Positions 1-20,110 of a DNA stretch of 64,000 nucleotides are shown piece after piece. Source of the stretch: the human T2T-CHM13v2.0 reference genome, Homo sapiens. The stretch lies in the NCBI RefSeq assembly GCF_009914755.1, contig NC_060935.1; one strand, 5' to 3'. Each line of letters opens with the position of its first letter. Position 1 is the stretch's first letter. The notes below the pieces were generated by a model that was not told where the DNA came from, searched no databases, and saw only the letters and a program-made list of their open reading frames with translations. Both the position numbers and the translations under genes were made by a program.

Positions 1-151
1 GAGGGAAGGTGGTAGGTAAAGGAGCGGAAGGAAGAGGTGGGGAAAGAGGGAAGGAGAGAAGGGAAGGAGGGAAGAGAAAGAAGGAAGAAAAGGAAAGCAT
101 GGCCCGGCTAGAGACAAAGCCAGAGGTGATCAGGTCAGCAGCAGGAGAGGC

Positions 152-266
152 TCAGAAGGGAGCCTCTCGGGAAGTGCAGGCAGCCATGAGGGCTCGTTTC
201 AGCTGCTCATAGGTGACGAACATCACCACGTTCCAGGAACCCAAGCGGAGAAAGGAGGGCATGAAC
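152..266 (-). CDS. UCP2: UCP2 exon 8, coding part (…FMPSFLRLG…[11 protein letters not shown])
   Basis: AG acceptor at 267-268; TGA at 152-154; translation matches the UCP2 C-terminus. Coding exons sum to 126+211+195+102+181+115=930 nt (309 aa + stop). Confidence 0.98.
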
Positions 267-635
267 CTAGAGGAGAAAAATCACAGGTCATGGGGGCACC
301 TCCACCTCCCACTTCCCTCACTGGGCCTGGTATTCAATCCAACCCAGTTGCTCTGTCCCAAAGGAGGCTGGGAGGACTCAATGAACTGAGCTCACAGCTG
401 CTTGGCTATAAGCATGAATTCCCTTTGAGTCTCCATTTAACACCTAATAAACAGTGATGGTAGCAATTCTGGGAGGAAGGAATTAAGGGGATAGGTGAAT
501 GCTGGTGAAATGCCAGGACCAGGATCAGAAATAGTCACACTTGGCTGCTACTCACTTCCAGGTGGTTCTCTCCCACCCACAATAGACATGCATAGCCAAG
601 AGGCCTGAACTGGGTGGGGAGGACCAGAGGCTCAC

Positions 636-816
636 CCTTTGTAGAAGGCTCGGGGCCCCTCCTTCTGGAGCATGGTAAGGGCACAGTGGCCAGCGCTACT
701 GTACTGGCCCAGGGCAGAGTTCATGTATCTCGTCTTGACCACGTCTACAGGGGAGGCGATGACAGTGGTGCAGAAGCCTGCCCCAAAGGCAGAAGTGAAG
801 TGGCAAGGGAGGTCAT
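636..816 (-). CDS. UCP2: UCP2 exon 7
   Basis: [33 protein letters not shown]…FYKG, third mitochondrial carrier motif; AG at 817-818, GT at 634-635; 181 nt. Confidence 0.98.
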
Positions 817-925
817 CTGCCAAGGAGGAGCAGGCAAGGCAGTCAAGATCTTCACCCATCATTCCAGAAGGCAGGAGAATTACTTAAGTAGCTACGAGTT
901 TTCATGATTTTAAAGAGACAGAGAG

Positions 926-1530
926 GCTGGGCACAATGTCTCATGCCTGTAATCCAGGACTTCTTTTGGAGGCCGAGGTGGGTGGATCACTTGAGCCCAG
1001 GAGTTCAAGACCAGACTGGGTAACATGGCAAAAACCCTGTCTCTACAAAATACAAAAATTAGCCAGGCACAGTGTGCATGCCTGTAGTCAGCCCCAGCTA
1101 CTCAGGAGGCTGAGGTGGGAGGATTGCTTGAGTCAGGGAGGTCGAGGCTGCAATGAGCCATTAATCACCCCACTGCACTCCAGCCTGGGCAACCGAGCAA
1201 GACCCTGTCTCAAAAAACAAACAAGAGGATGGGGCGCAGAGGCTCACACCTGTAATCCCAGCACATTGGGAGGCCAAGGTGGGCAGATCACTTGAGGCCA
1301 GGAGTTCGAGACCAGCCTGGCTAACATGGTGAAACTCCATCTCTACTAAAAATACAAAAATTAGCCAGTGTGCTGGTGCACACCTGTCATCCCAGCTACT
1401 CGGGAGGCTGAGGCACAAGAATCGCTTGAACCCAGGAGGAGAAGGTTGCAGTGAGCTGAGATTACACGGGTAACAGAGTGAGACTCTATCTCAAAAAAAA
1501 CAAAAAACAAACAAACAAAAAAACAAAAAC
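926..1530 (+). mobile_element. Two tandem Alu elements in UCP2 intron 6
   Basis: Alu consensus motifs with A-rich tails. Confidence 0.9.
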
Positions 1531-1785
1531 AGACAGGGACTCCAGCTGAGACATCTTCTGAGGACCTGAAAGAGTCATTTTGCCAATCTAGCCTCAGTTC
1601 CTCAATGTGCAAAGTGGGAGCTTCATCCCAATTGGCTTCAATATGGCAAGTAAGAGATATCTTACTCTCCCTGCAAAGGGCAAATAGGATGAAAAGATGT
1701 GGTCTTCTGGTGTCAGCTAGACCCCCGCACCTGCTCCTGGCATGGGGGAAGGGTGAGACCCAGCACCGTCTACCTCATGACTCAC

Positions 1786-1887
1786 CTGTCATGAGGTTGG
1801 CTTTCAGGAGGGCATCCTTGATGAGGTCATAGGTCACCAGCTCAGCACAGTTGACAATGGCATTACGAGCAACATTGGGAGAGGTCC
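1786..1887 (-). CDS. UCP2: UCP2 exon 6
   Basis: [34 protein letters not shown]; AG/GT boundaries; 102 nt. Confidence 0.98.
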
Positions 1888-1967
1888 CTGTAGGAGGAGG
1901 AAGATCCTGGGTGAGACCAGAGTATCGGGGAGGAGGAAAAGGGGAAGGGAAAACAACTGGTACACAC

Positions 1968-2162
1968 CTTTCCAGAGGCCCCGGAACCCTTCCTCTCGGG
2001 CAATGGTCTTGTAGGCATTGACGGTGCTTTGGTATCTCCGACCACCTCCAGCCCGGGCCTGAGCTTGGAATCGGACCTTTACCACATCCGTGGGCTGGGC
2101 CACAGCCACAGCCAGGGCACCTGTGGTGCTGCCTGCTAGGAGGCGGCTCCCAATGCTGGCAT
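1968..2162 (-). CDS. UCP2: UCP2 exon 5
   Basis: …[46 protein letters not shown]; 195 nt; followed by an 80-bp intron. Confidence 0.98.
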
Positions 2163-3030
2163 CTGTGGGCGAGCCATGGGGTCAGTGGCCAGCGGGCTTG
2201 CACTCATTTTCTACCTCATCTCTCCTCACCAAAACCACCCTGTCACTGTCATCTCCTGCTTTTGGGAATAGAATCCAGAAGCTTTTGGCCTTCTACAAGC
2301 TCTTGCTGTAAGAACTCCTCACATCAAACAAAATATCCCTATGAATATCTACTTCTTGCTAGGGACATAGCAAGGGCTAAGACCAAAATGAAACTTGGTG
2401 CTTTCTTTCATAAAACATTTTCATTTACCTGCTCAACAGCCCTGAGAAATCACAATCATTTCCATCTGACAAATGTGAAAACCAAGGCTCAGAGAGAAGT
2501 GGCTTTCTGAGGACTGGGATTCCTAAGACTTGGGATCTCAGGTCAGCTTTACTTCTTCCTGCCATGTGATCTGGGAAAGACAACCTTTTGTCTGGGGCTC
2601 TGTTTCGTCATGTGTAAAATGGAGGGTTGGCATGGCATACTAAGGAGGTGAAAGGGAAGAACGCTGGCCTTAGAGACGAGTGTCCTGGCTCTCTACTGTG
2701 TGTTTTCTGGCTCTCTACTGTGTGCCCCTGGCCAAGTCCCCACTCTACCCACTGCCTTCCCACCTCAGTCTCTTCTTCTATAACACTGGGATGATACTAC
2801 CTACTCCCAAGGTGGTGTTGAAGACTGTGATGGGATGACGCCCTGCTCAGAGCCTGGTATAGCCCAGGTGCTTAGGAACTATGTGGAGGACCAGGGCCCC
2901 TTCCAGTTCTCTGTTCCCCTGATCTTCCTAGGGATCGTGGGGCCTAAAAAACTATATGGCTGAATGAACTAAGATCAATCATCACTGAGAAAAAAGGGCC
3001 AAGGGGCCTACACCCTTGCTCCATACTCAC

Positions 3031-3241
3031 GCTCAGAGCCCTTGGTGTAGAACTGTTTGACAGAATCATACAGGCCGATGCGGACAGAGGCAAAGCTCAT
3101 TTGGCGCTGCAGGCCGGCAACCAGCCCATTGTAGAGGCTTCGGGGGCCCTCAGTACGCACCATGGTCAGAATGGTGCCCATCACACCGCGGTACTGGGCG
3201 CTGGCTGTAGCGCGCACTGGCCCCTGACTTTCTCCTTGGAT
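3031..3241 (-). CDS. UCP2: UCP2 exon 4 (codon 55 = GCC, Ala55 allele)
   Basis: [19 protein letters not shown]…[10 protein letters not shown]; 211 nt; AG/GT boundaries. Confidence 0.98.
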
Positions 3242-3397
3242 CTGCAAGGCCAAGACAGGGTAGCTACAGGGATAAGCATGTTGCCCTTCCCACCTCCAGT
3301 CATCTCGATGCTCCAAACACTGGCCCTTGAGGGGTCTGTGTCTTTGGGGAGGGAACAGAGTAGACACCATCAAGACTCCCAGGCTTCATCCCCTCAC

Positions 3398-3523
3398 CTG
3401 TAACCGGACTTTAGCAGTATCCAGAGGAAAGGTGATGAGATCTGCGATGCAGGCAGCTGTGCCAGCCCCAAGAAACTTCACAGTGGCAGTAGGGGGCACA
3501 TCTGTGGCCTTGAACCCAACCAT
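3398..3523 (-). CDS. UCP2: UCP2 exon 3, coding part (whole exon 3398-3622)
   Basis: ATG at 3523-3521 in strong context (ATCATGG); [42 protein letters not shown]; acceptor AG at 3623-3624. Confidence 0.98.
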
Positions 3524-4409
3524 GATGCTGATTTCCTGCTACGTCCCAGGAGATGGAGAAAAACTGGAGACAGGGGCACCTTTAATCAGCAACAAGACGA
3601 GATAGAGGAACTCTGCCGGAATCTAAGCCAAGAGGAGAAAAGCCCCATTAGCCACAATGTCCCCAGGCCCTCCCTGCTCACCATCCCCAAACTCACCTTC
3701 CCTAATAGAACCAAGTCCCTCAGCAAGACTCCAAGTGGCCTCATGAGGGAAAACCGATGTGAGCTCGAGAGGCACTCAGTTAGGTGCTGGTGAAGCAATT
3801 CCTGCTCAAGCAGTCAATACTTCATGAAGGGCTCCCTCCCTTTCACTGCAGGGAGAGTCTGGATCAGAGCTCTCCTAGCGCTGCCTCATAAACAGCCACT
3901 GGACCAGCCCTTTGTCTGCTGTATGCAGAGATTTCACTGATGATGCCCACATTCCTGCTTCTGTGGTTCATCTGGAGAGCTGACAGAAGTAGAGAAAAGT
4001 TTCACCCAGACTAAGACCCAACAGGCACAGACCCATAGGCTTATGTTCTGGATGTCTAAGCAGGAATGGTTGCTACAGGTCTGGAACTTAAGTCAAGAAG
4101 AAAAGGTACAAGATGACTAATTCAATCCCTTCCCAGACCATCAGTCTAATTCTCTCCTCCAGCTCTCACACAGCTTAGGATCTCTAGAGTCATTGTTTTA
4201 GCAAGACTGCTTTGCTGGGCAGTGGTTCACTGAGATGCAGGAGATAGTATCTACTCTAGAGGAGGCTTACTGTTGGGCACAGGGGGTGGATGGGCAGATG
4301 ATTCAAGCTGCATTTGGGGCTTACAGGACATACTCTCAAAATGCAAAGGAGGGAACAACTAATGCCATTGGGAGAGAAGGAAGAGTGGGTGATCAGAAAA
4401 GACTTCTTG

Positions 4410-4990
4410 GGCTGGGTGTGGTGGCTCACGCCTGTAAACCCAGCACTTTGGGAGGCTGAGGCGGGCGAATCACCTGAGGTCAGGAGTTTGAGACCAGCTT
4501 GGCCAACATGGCAAAACCCCATCTCCGCTAAAAATACAAAAATGAGCTGGGTGTGTTGGCACACGCCTGTATTCCCAACTACTTAGGAGGCTGAGGCAGG
4601 AGAATCACTTGAACCCAGGAGGTGGAGGTTGCAGTAGCTGAGATCGTGCCACTGCACTCCAGCCTAGGCGACAGAGCAAGACTCTGTTTCAAAAAACAGA
4701 CAAACAAACAAAAAAAAACCTAGCACTTTGGGAGGCAGAGGTGGGAGGACTGCTTGAACCCAGGAGTTCAAGACCAGCCAGGGCAACATAATGAGACCCT
4801 GTCTAAAAAATATAAATAAAAATAAATTAGCTGGACATGGTGGTGCAGGCCTATAGTCCCAGCTACTTGGGACGATTGCTTGAGCCCAGGAGGTTGAGGC
4901 TGCAGTGAGCTGTGATTGTGCCACTGTGCTCCAGTCTGGGTGAGAGAGTGAGACCTTGTCTCAAAAAAAAAAAAAACAAACCCCAAAAAA
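4410..4990 (+). mobile_element. Two tandem Alu elements in UCP2 intron 2
   Basis: Alu consensus motifs and tails. Confidence 0.9.
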
Positions 4991-6620
4991 CCTAAGGACT
5001 TCTTAGATAAGGTAACATTTAGCTAGGTGATTTTGGGGGCTGAGAGTAAACTCTGGGGCATTAGACTCCTCCTGGCCTACCATGTGATGCAGAGAAAACT
5101 GCTCTCCTTTTTGTTTGGGCCAGTTTCCTTTCCTCCAACTTAGGGGGATCCGCACTTACACCACAAGACAGGCAGGGATGAGGGGTCCAGGTCAGAGCTG
5201 TGAAGAGTGATAAAGTAAACCAAAAGCCCCATTTTGTTCTGAGTTGGAACCACACCCTCCTCCACTGCCCCAGGAGGAAGTGAGCCCAGCACCCTAGTGG
5301 GGGAGGGTGACCTGCTTCTTCCCCTGAGCTTATTTCTTTGACTTCATTGGAGCAGCTGCTTTGAGCCCCGCCTGACTGCCTTTGTTGCTGGGGCTCAGGT
5401 GAAAGGGCTGGCTGGTGAAGGGAGTCAGCTGTGAACACAGAGACCCATGGAAACAAACAGCTCACCCAGCTTCCTCTTGGGCTTCTCACTCCAGGTGGCT
5501 GGGGCAAGCAGGGAAATGAAGATACTCACCATAGCAACTACACTGGGACCTATAGAACAGGGCCTGACCTTATTCCTGTTTCCCTCCAGCTTGCCCACGA
5601 GGCTCAGTGAAGACTGGTGCTCAAATGACAGATTGGGTTGATGAAGGTGCCCTCGGACTCCCCAGATTCCCTGCTCTGACACCCCCTTCCCCCAGGAGGT
5701 GCTCCACAACTTTCCCCACCCCAACGCCCAGGGCACTGTATTAGCTCAATCCTCAGAGCAGCCCTGCAAGGTGGCTGCCCTTATTTCCATGTGAGATGAG
5801 TAAGAGCCACACTTACAGGCACCAAAGCTGGTAGTATTTGCTTTGCACTGCTGCCCAGCTCCTCAGTTCGTTCTTGCTGTTTTATCAGCCCCAGGCACAG
5901 ACAGGGCCTTTCACAAGGAAAGTTCTCACAGGCTGATTAAACAGTACTGAGAAGGCTCAGGCAAATGGTATCCCTTCTCTGGGCATCAGAGATATGATGA
6001 CATGAGTCTGTCACATTCCTGACCTTGAGCTGGGTTGCAGGATGTTGTGAAGGCCAGAGAAGAATAAGACCCAGCTGCTGCCCAAAGACAAGTGCACAGA
6101 GGTTCAGCTGCCATATTCTGAATGTTGCCTTGGGCTTGCCAAGTCAGGTCCTTCAGAGGGTGGGTAAGATGGCCCTACTAACAGCAATTAAAATGCAGGA
6201 CTAGAAATAGTTAATCCTATTTTACAGTCCCCAGCAAATAACCAGTTTCAGAGCCGGGCTGATTACCAATCTCGGTTTCAGGGATAGTCAAAAGCTAGCA
6301 TCAATATGAAGTTAGAACAATAGGTTCCTGTCCTAGCTCTTCTGCTGGCTCCCGGGATGACTTGGGGCCAATCACTGTTACACGTGGGCCTCAGTTTTCT
6401 CCTTTATAAAATGGGGACCAAGATCCTTGGCTTGTCCGAGTCAGCTGAAGGGCCAGAATGAGAGCGGGGAGGTGTGAGAGTGCTCTGTGAACTGGAAAGA
6501 GCCACTTCACTGTCGGGGGTGGGGATGGTAATTATTTTTGTTAATGCCCTGCTGACTCCTGCCCCTAGACCACAGGGTTAGGAGGCAGCAAGAGACCTCT
6601 TCCTTGGACTGGACTCTTAC

Positions 6621-6777
6621 CCGGCTTTGTAAGGTCTCACGGTGAGGCCTCCAAGATCAAGCTTCTCTAAAGGTGTCCCGTTCTTCAAAGCTGCCAGTGG
6701 CTATCATGGCCCGATCCCCTTGGTTTTCCATAGAAAATGGGTGGGAGACGAAACACCTAATGGTCATACTATGTGTC
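6621..6777 (-). other. UCP2: UCP2 exon 2 (5' UTR exon)
   Basis: CAG acceptor at 6778-6780, GTAAG donor starting at 6620; contains the uORF. Confidence 0.9.
6657..6767 (-). CDS. UCP2 36-aa upstream ORF (MTIRCFVSHPFSMENQGDRAMIATGSFEERDTFREA*)
   Basis: Translated by hand: 36 codons + TGA, three in-frame ATGs; matches the established inhibitory UCP2 uORF. Confidence 0.92.
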   Translation of the reverse strand: MTIRCFVSHPFSMENQGDRAMIATGSFEERDTFREA

Positions 6778-7449
6778 CTGTGGGTGAGCAAAGGCAGAGA
6801 GTTTAGAAAGGGCCACCTGCCCCAAGACACACAAGCCCACCCAATCCATGCCTTGGAGGGGGATGGGGAACAGGGCCCAGGGACTGGTTAAGTGCACACA
6901 CTGGAAAGGGGAAAAGCAGGGCGGAAAATGAACCTAGGTACACTCCCCACCCCCACCCCACCTGCTTAATATCACAAATTGGTTCTCATCCAGACTTCTG
7001 CTTTTGTAACACTCAGTACTCTATATAAGCACCCCCTAGCACAGTCATCAGACTTTGGTGAGTGGGAGAGTTGTGAGGGGGTCACGATGGGACAGAGACT
7101 CTCCGGGAATTGGCTAGGTCCCAGGTCGGGCTGTGAGGAGGTTGGAAGGGCTGGGAGCCGGCCCTGCAGAGGCCAGATTGAGCAGCTCAAAGCCCACTAG
7201 AAAAAGCCCCCAAGCCCTGGGAAAGGCGGTGCAGGAACACTGCCTGGAGCTGCCTGGTAAGGGAGAGGTCATTGTGGTCATCGCTGATGGTCCCCATCCA
7301 AGGCAGGGCTCGGCATCGTGGTGGAAAGGAGGGAGTGAAAAGGTGGAGGCTCAAACGACAGCCAACTGAACGGGAGAGGGAAAGAACAAAAGGGACTAAG
7401 AAAAAGAGAGAAGAGAAATAAAGAACCAAGGACAGAAAGGATTAGCACA

Positions 7450-8015
<566 letters not shown>

Positions 8016-8853
8016 TTAAGCCTCGGGGGCGGGGCCCGGGGTGGGGCCTGCGGGGCGGGGCCGGGCCTGCCAGCTCCTACTTGGGTGCGGAGACCCTGGA
8101 GCAGCCGCCTTTCCGCGGGGACCGCCCCGCCTAGGGTTCTCTCCATGACTTTCTCCACTCCCGTTTCCGTGCGTCCCATCACCGCGTTTACTCCTTCGTT
8201 CCCCGAGATGGTCACTCCCTTGCCACTCCCCGCCTCTGCCTCACACTCTCTCGGGCCGCCAACCTCTGTGAGGATGGCAAGACTGACCGCCAGAAACAAG
8301 TCTTGTCCAGTCACACACCTCTTGCCTTCCCAGCCAGGACGGTTTCTAACAGCGTCCAGCGGGGCCGTGTCTTAAGTGCACTTCCTCTTTTATGGGCCCA
8401 GCCCCCCTACGCTGGGCAAACTACCCACCCTCCTGCGAGCGAGCGCGCGGCTGGCTCCTGCAGGGCGGGACTGGGGCCTCGCGACCGGCCTCGCTGTCGA
8501 TTGGTTACAGCCGCCGCGTTGTCGGGGGAAGGAACCAATCAGAACTGCAGCAACAGGTGGCCCGGCAACCGACAACAGCCGTTGGGCTCGGCTGGGGTTC
8601 GCGCCTTCTCCCCCGGTGGAGCGGCCTGGCGTTTAGGGACCAGGGACACTAAAGGCCCCGGCGGGGCGGGAGCACCCAGCGTGACCTCACGCTCCTACAC
8701 ACAGACAAGCAAACGGGCCGGCCCCCGCACGTGACAAGGCAGAGCCGGGCCCAGGCCAGCTGCCTGTCCAGCCCTGGGATGAGAAAAGGCGTCAGGAGAT
8801 GGACCGGGCCTGGTTCGCCTTTAATTGGCTGACCCGTCCTGTGGGGGTAACTG

Positions 8854-8859
8854 ACGCGT
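8854..8859 (-). promoter_or_regulatory. UCP2 -866G/A site (position 8855), G allele, MluI site ACGCGT intact
   Basis: Context GGGGTAACTGA[C]GCGTGAACAGCC recognised from memory of the known SNP. Confidence 0.75.
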
Positions 8860-9199
8860 GAACAGCCAACAATTGGGCCCTCTGGCCGGGACAAACACGT
8901 GCGTTTGGGGAGTAGAAGAAGGCTGGTATTAACCTCCATTTTACAATGAGGAAACGGAGTCCCAAAGACGTTCAGTCATCTTCCTGATATTCACACACTT
9001 ACACCCTGGTCAGGCCGGCGCCATATGTGTTTTCACCAGCAGAAGGGACTGCCAGGGAACAGCTGAGGGGACCAGAGCTGGGATGGGCCTGGATAATTAT
9101 AGCGGAAAGAAAAACACGCCGAGCGCATGGTCCTGGCAGAAGCAGCGTGGAAACAGAAGTCAAGGCAGATTATTTCTGCCATGAGGAGATCTTGCCATG

Positions 9200-9310
9200 T
9201 AGGAAAAAAGAAAGAAAGAGAGGAAAGAAAGACAGAGAGAGAGAGAGGAAAGACAGAAAGACAAGAAAGAAAGAGAAAGAAAGAAAAGAAAAAAAAAAAG
9301 AAAAGATAAA
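9200..9310 (+). repeat. GA-rich polypurine low-complexity tract
   Basis: About 110 bp almost purely A/G. Confidence 0.9.
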
Positions 9311-9649
9311 GTTTTTTTGTGGCACTGTGAGTCTCCCTCCGCCAGGTTCTCTAGCTTTTGCGCTGAGCTCTGTCTGGCTGTGCATTCCGGAGAGGCTCGG
9401 CAAATTTGCTGTGAGATTGCTGAGCAACAGCAGAACAGATGCAAAGGCCTGCAGACCAAAAATTGTCCCCCTGGCTGTCCAAACAGGGAAGAATCTGGAT
9501 TCCAGAAACTATATACTTATTATCCTTGGCAAAAGAGACTGTTAAAAGTGTGGACGCTGAAAAAGGGAAGTGGAGATCAACAGGACGCAGCATGAAGTCC
9601 TTAAGAAGTCCTCTTTGAAAAAGAAGATGTGTTTAGGGTTTAAACTATT

Positions 9650-15618
<5,969 letters not shown>

Positions 15619-16421
15619 TTAAGAACACTAACAATAATTTGCATGCAATACATACAGTTCCCTAAATACAATAGATGAATTATTTTATAAACACATCTTA
15701 TTTTTGTTTATGGAGAATCTGCTAATAAACACATTTTCTATTCAATGTATTATGTATGTATGAACGGGAAGTAACCTTAAACATTTTAAATACTGGAAAT
15801 AAACAAAAGAATTATAAGCGAAGTAATACAAAGTGCCTCGTGTTTTTATCCTGGAGCCAACCTGTAGAAATCGCAGGTTATTAAGAGAACTTTGAAAAAT
15901 ATTGTTTTGAATATTGAAAATCACGTGTTTTGGGGAAGGAGAGAATTAACAGCCTTTCTTTGCCTTAAAATACTTTACATTTTATGTAATTGCAATTGGA
16001 ATGAAGCAGCTCCTAAAGTAGTCAGCATTTGGGTCAGGGAAATTGAGCACAGGAGCAAACTGCTGTTTGTTTTCTCAACTCCTTCACAATGCTCAGCTGA
16101 AGAGGTTCCCACTTAAAAGAGCTGCTGAAGTCATTTCTATTTTAGAAGGGTAGTATGAATGAGTTTTTCTATGTGTTAACTAGAATTTATGGTAATTTGT
16201 AAAATGTTTTTCCATTTTTAAACTTAAGAGTCTTTTATGTCCACCCACGAAGCAGCAGTCACTGCTAGGGGTCTTAGGCTAACATCTGCCACCCCACCAG
16301 TCTGCATGGCCCATAAGCAGGTGTGGAGAGGACCAGAGTTCACCTGTCAGCAGCACCACGGAATCAACTGTCCAGCCTTTCTGCCATTAATTACCACAGA
16401 TGTGGTCTTTTTCCTGATATT

Positions 16422-17328
16422 CTATTCCCACCGGAGGCTTTTTATTAAGACCTTGTACCTGTGAACGCATTTGGGGCACAACATATTGTCTTCAAGTTAT
16501 GGGGTGGAAAATTGGAGGCAGGAAGCAAAAAGAGTGCACTCACTCTCCCTTCTTGCTTTTCTGGAACCCAGCCTTGTCCAGCATGAAACTGGAGGTGAAG
16601 CCAACCATCTGTGTCTGCAGGGAGTCTTCTCCCATGGACACTAGCCACCTGACACCATGGGCCTCATGTGGAGATCCCACTGCTTCTGGTGCCTTCTCCC
16701 TGGCTGCATTTCTGGCCCAGGAGGCCAGCGAAGCTTCTGGGGCAGAAGTTGTCACCACAACTGTATTAACTCCCTCAAGGAGAGCAGCAGACTCTTCTAG
16801 GTCAGGCAACCCCTCCCCAGGGGGAAGAGCTACTTTAGGAGGATGTGTCTCCTCAGGGCTTTTCGGGGTAATTTCCCCTTTGTCCACCTTTGATTGTTTT
16901 GGTAATGATTTCCGGATTCTGGCCTCTTTTGCTGTGCTAGGAAAATTCTTTTGATTTGGATAGGCAAAGGCACACAGGAGCTTATTTCTGGCACCAAAGG
17001 CCTGTGTGGCTTTGCCTTTAATTATAGACACCAGGCCCACAGAATGTCCCGGTGAAGCCGATTAACAGGTTGCGGTTTAGAGGGTAATGAAGGGATTAGT
17101 ATCTTCTTCTGAGGTTTGGGGTTGTCCCTATACTCTGCTGCCTTCTTTGGGCAGAGCGCTTTTTCACCTTTAGCAGAAATTTGTCCTTTGGTTCCCTTTG
17201 CTGATGTTCCTGGCAAAGCAATTGTGTTTGGTTGATTAGAAGCCTGCTGATCCTCTTCCCTCGACTTCTCTGAGGAGGTCCACTCCCTGCCTTTTGCCTT
17301 CTCCATACTCAGAGAAGAAGCAGAGCTT
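16422..17328 (-). pseudogene. Processed pseudogene of DPPA4 (CDS homology; 3' UTR may extend toward ~14450)
   Basis: Intronless, frameshifted segments match DPPA4: SASSLSMEKAKGREWTSSEKSREEDQQASNQPN, LCAFAYPNQKNFPSTAKEARIRKSL, VHGRRLPADTDGWLHLQFHAGQGWVPEKQEGRVSALFLLP, KVLIKSLRWE* (TAG at 16422-16424). Confidence 0.92.
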
Positions 17329-17619
17329 GGTCCAAAAATTCTCAAATCAGAGTGAAGGTATGCAGTAACCATTGCTACCAAGATGGAAACAAATTCTATT
17401 TTTCCATAAAGAGTCTATGAAAAGAAGCCGGGCACAGTGGCTCACACCTATAGTCCCAGCTACTCAGGAGACTGAGGCAGGAGGATTACTTGAGCCCAGG
17501 AGTTTGAGTTTAGTCTGGACCACATAGTGAGACCCCACATCTCTAAAAAAGTTTTAAAAAATTCTGTGAAAAGAAAAACCCAAAGTGAGCAGCAGACTTA
17601 CATATAAACATTGTTTAAA

Positions 17620-18390
<771 letters not shown>

Positions 18391-18403
18391 AATGGGGAGA
18401 AAA

Positions 18404-19444
<1,041 letters not shown>

Positions 19445-20110
19445 TTATAAGATGTCAGTGAATCTTCATAGTCTGAGTTGAGACCTTCTAAAACAAGCTT
19501 AAGGTATGCTGATTTGCATACCTTTGACAAGGTTTAACTGACATATAATTTATAAATATCCACAGGAATTTTTAATGTTCCATCATATCATTTCTCAATA
19601 CTGGATGTTCATTATTTTATACTTTTGCTACTTTAAATACCAAGAAGCCTTTTCACAGGAAGAATAAAATCTCCATTATCCTCCAGAGTGTAGGTAACAA
19701 AATATAAAATTAAACCAGATATACGTTTGACAAACTAACACTGAAAATCACCAATATTCATAATGACATTACATTAACAGTTATCATAAAGTCTATAAAG
19801 TTTATCCTTAGATTTATAAAAAAATGCAGATTGTCTCAAGGTAAAAAATATAGTAAGTGCTTTTTGCTAAAAAGCTCTTTGTTGAATTAGGATGTGTTAT
19901 AATGATCAAGACACCAGACAATACTAAATGTTACCCAAACTACAACACAACACACTTTGAACATAATTTAAGCCTAAATTATTCTGCACCAGCAGGATTC
20001 TTTTTAGTGCCTGGCAGTATAAAGCTTTATAAAAGCTTTATAAAAGCTTTTTTCTTAAAGGTATTTAAGAAAAAAGACACAAAGTGTGAATAACAAGTTA
20101 TGTGAAAAAA

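Noticed and set aside
446-451. AATAAA in UCP2 intron 7
   Set aside because: On the + strand, antisense to UCP2, so it cannot act as an intronic poly(A) signal for UCP2
2685-2724. Repeated CTGGCTCTCTACTGTGTG at 22-bp period
   Set aside because: Simple two-copy slippage in MIR-like intronic sequence; not a CRISPR-like or regulatory array
9027-9545. 172-aa K/E/R-rich ORF
   Set aside because: Produced by the GA-rich low-complexity tract
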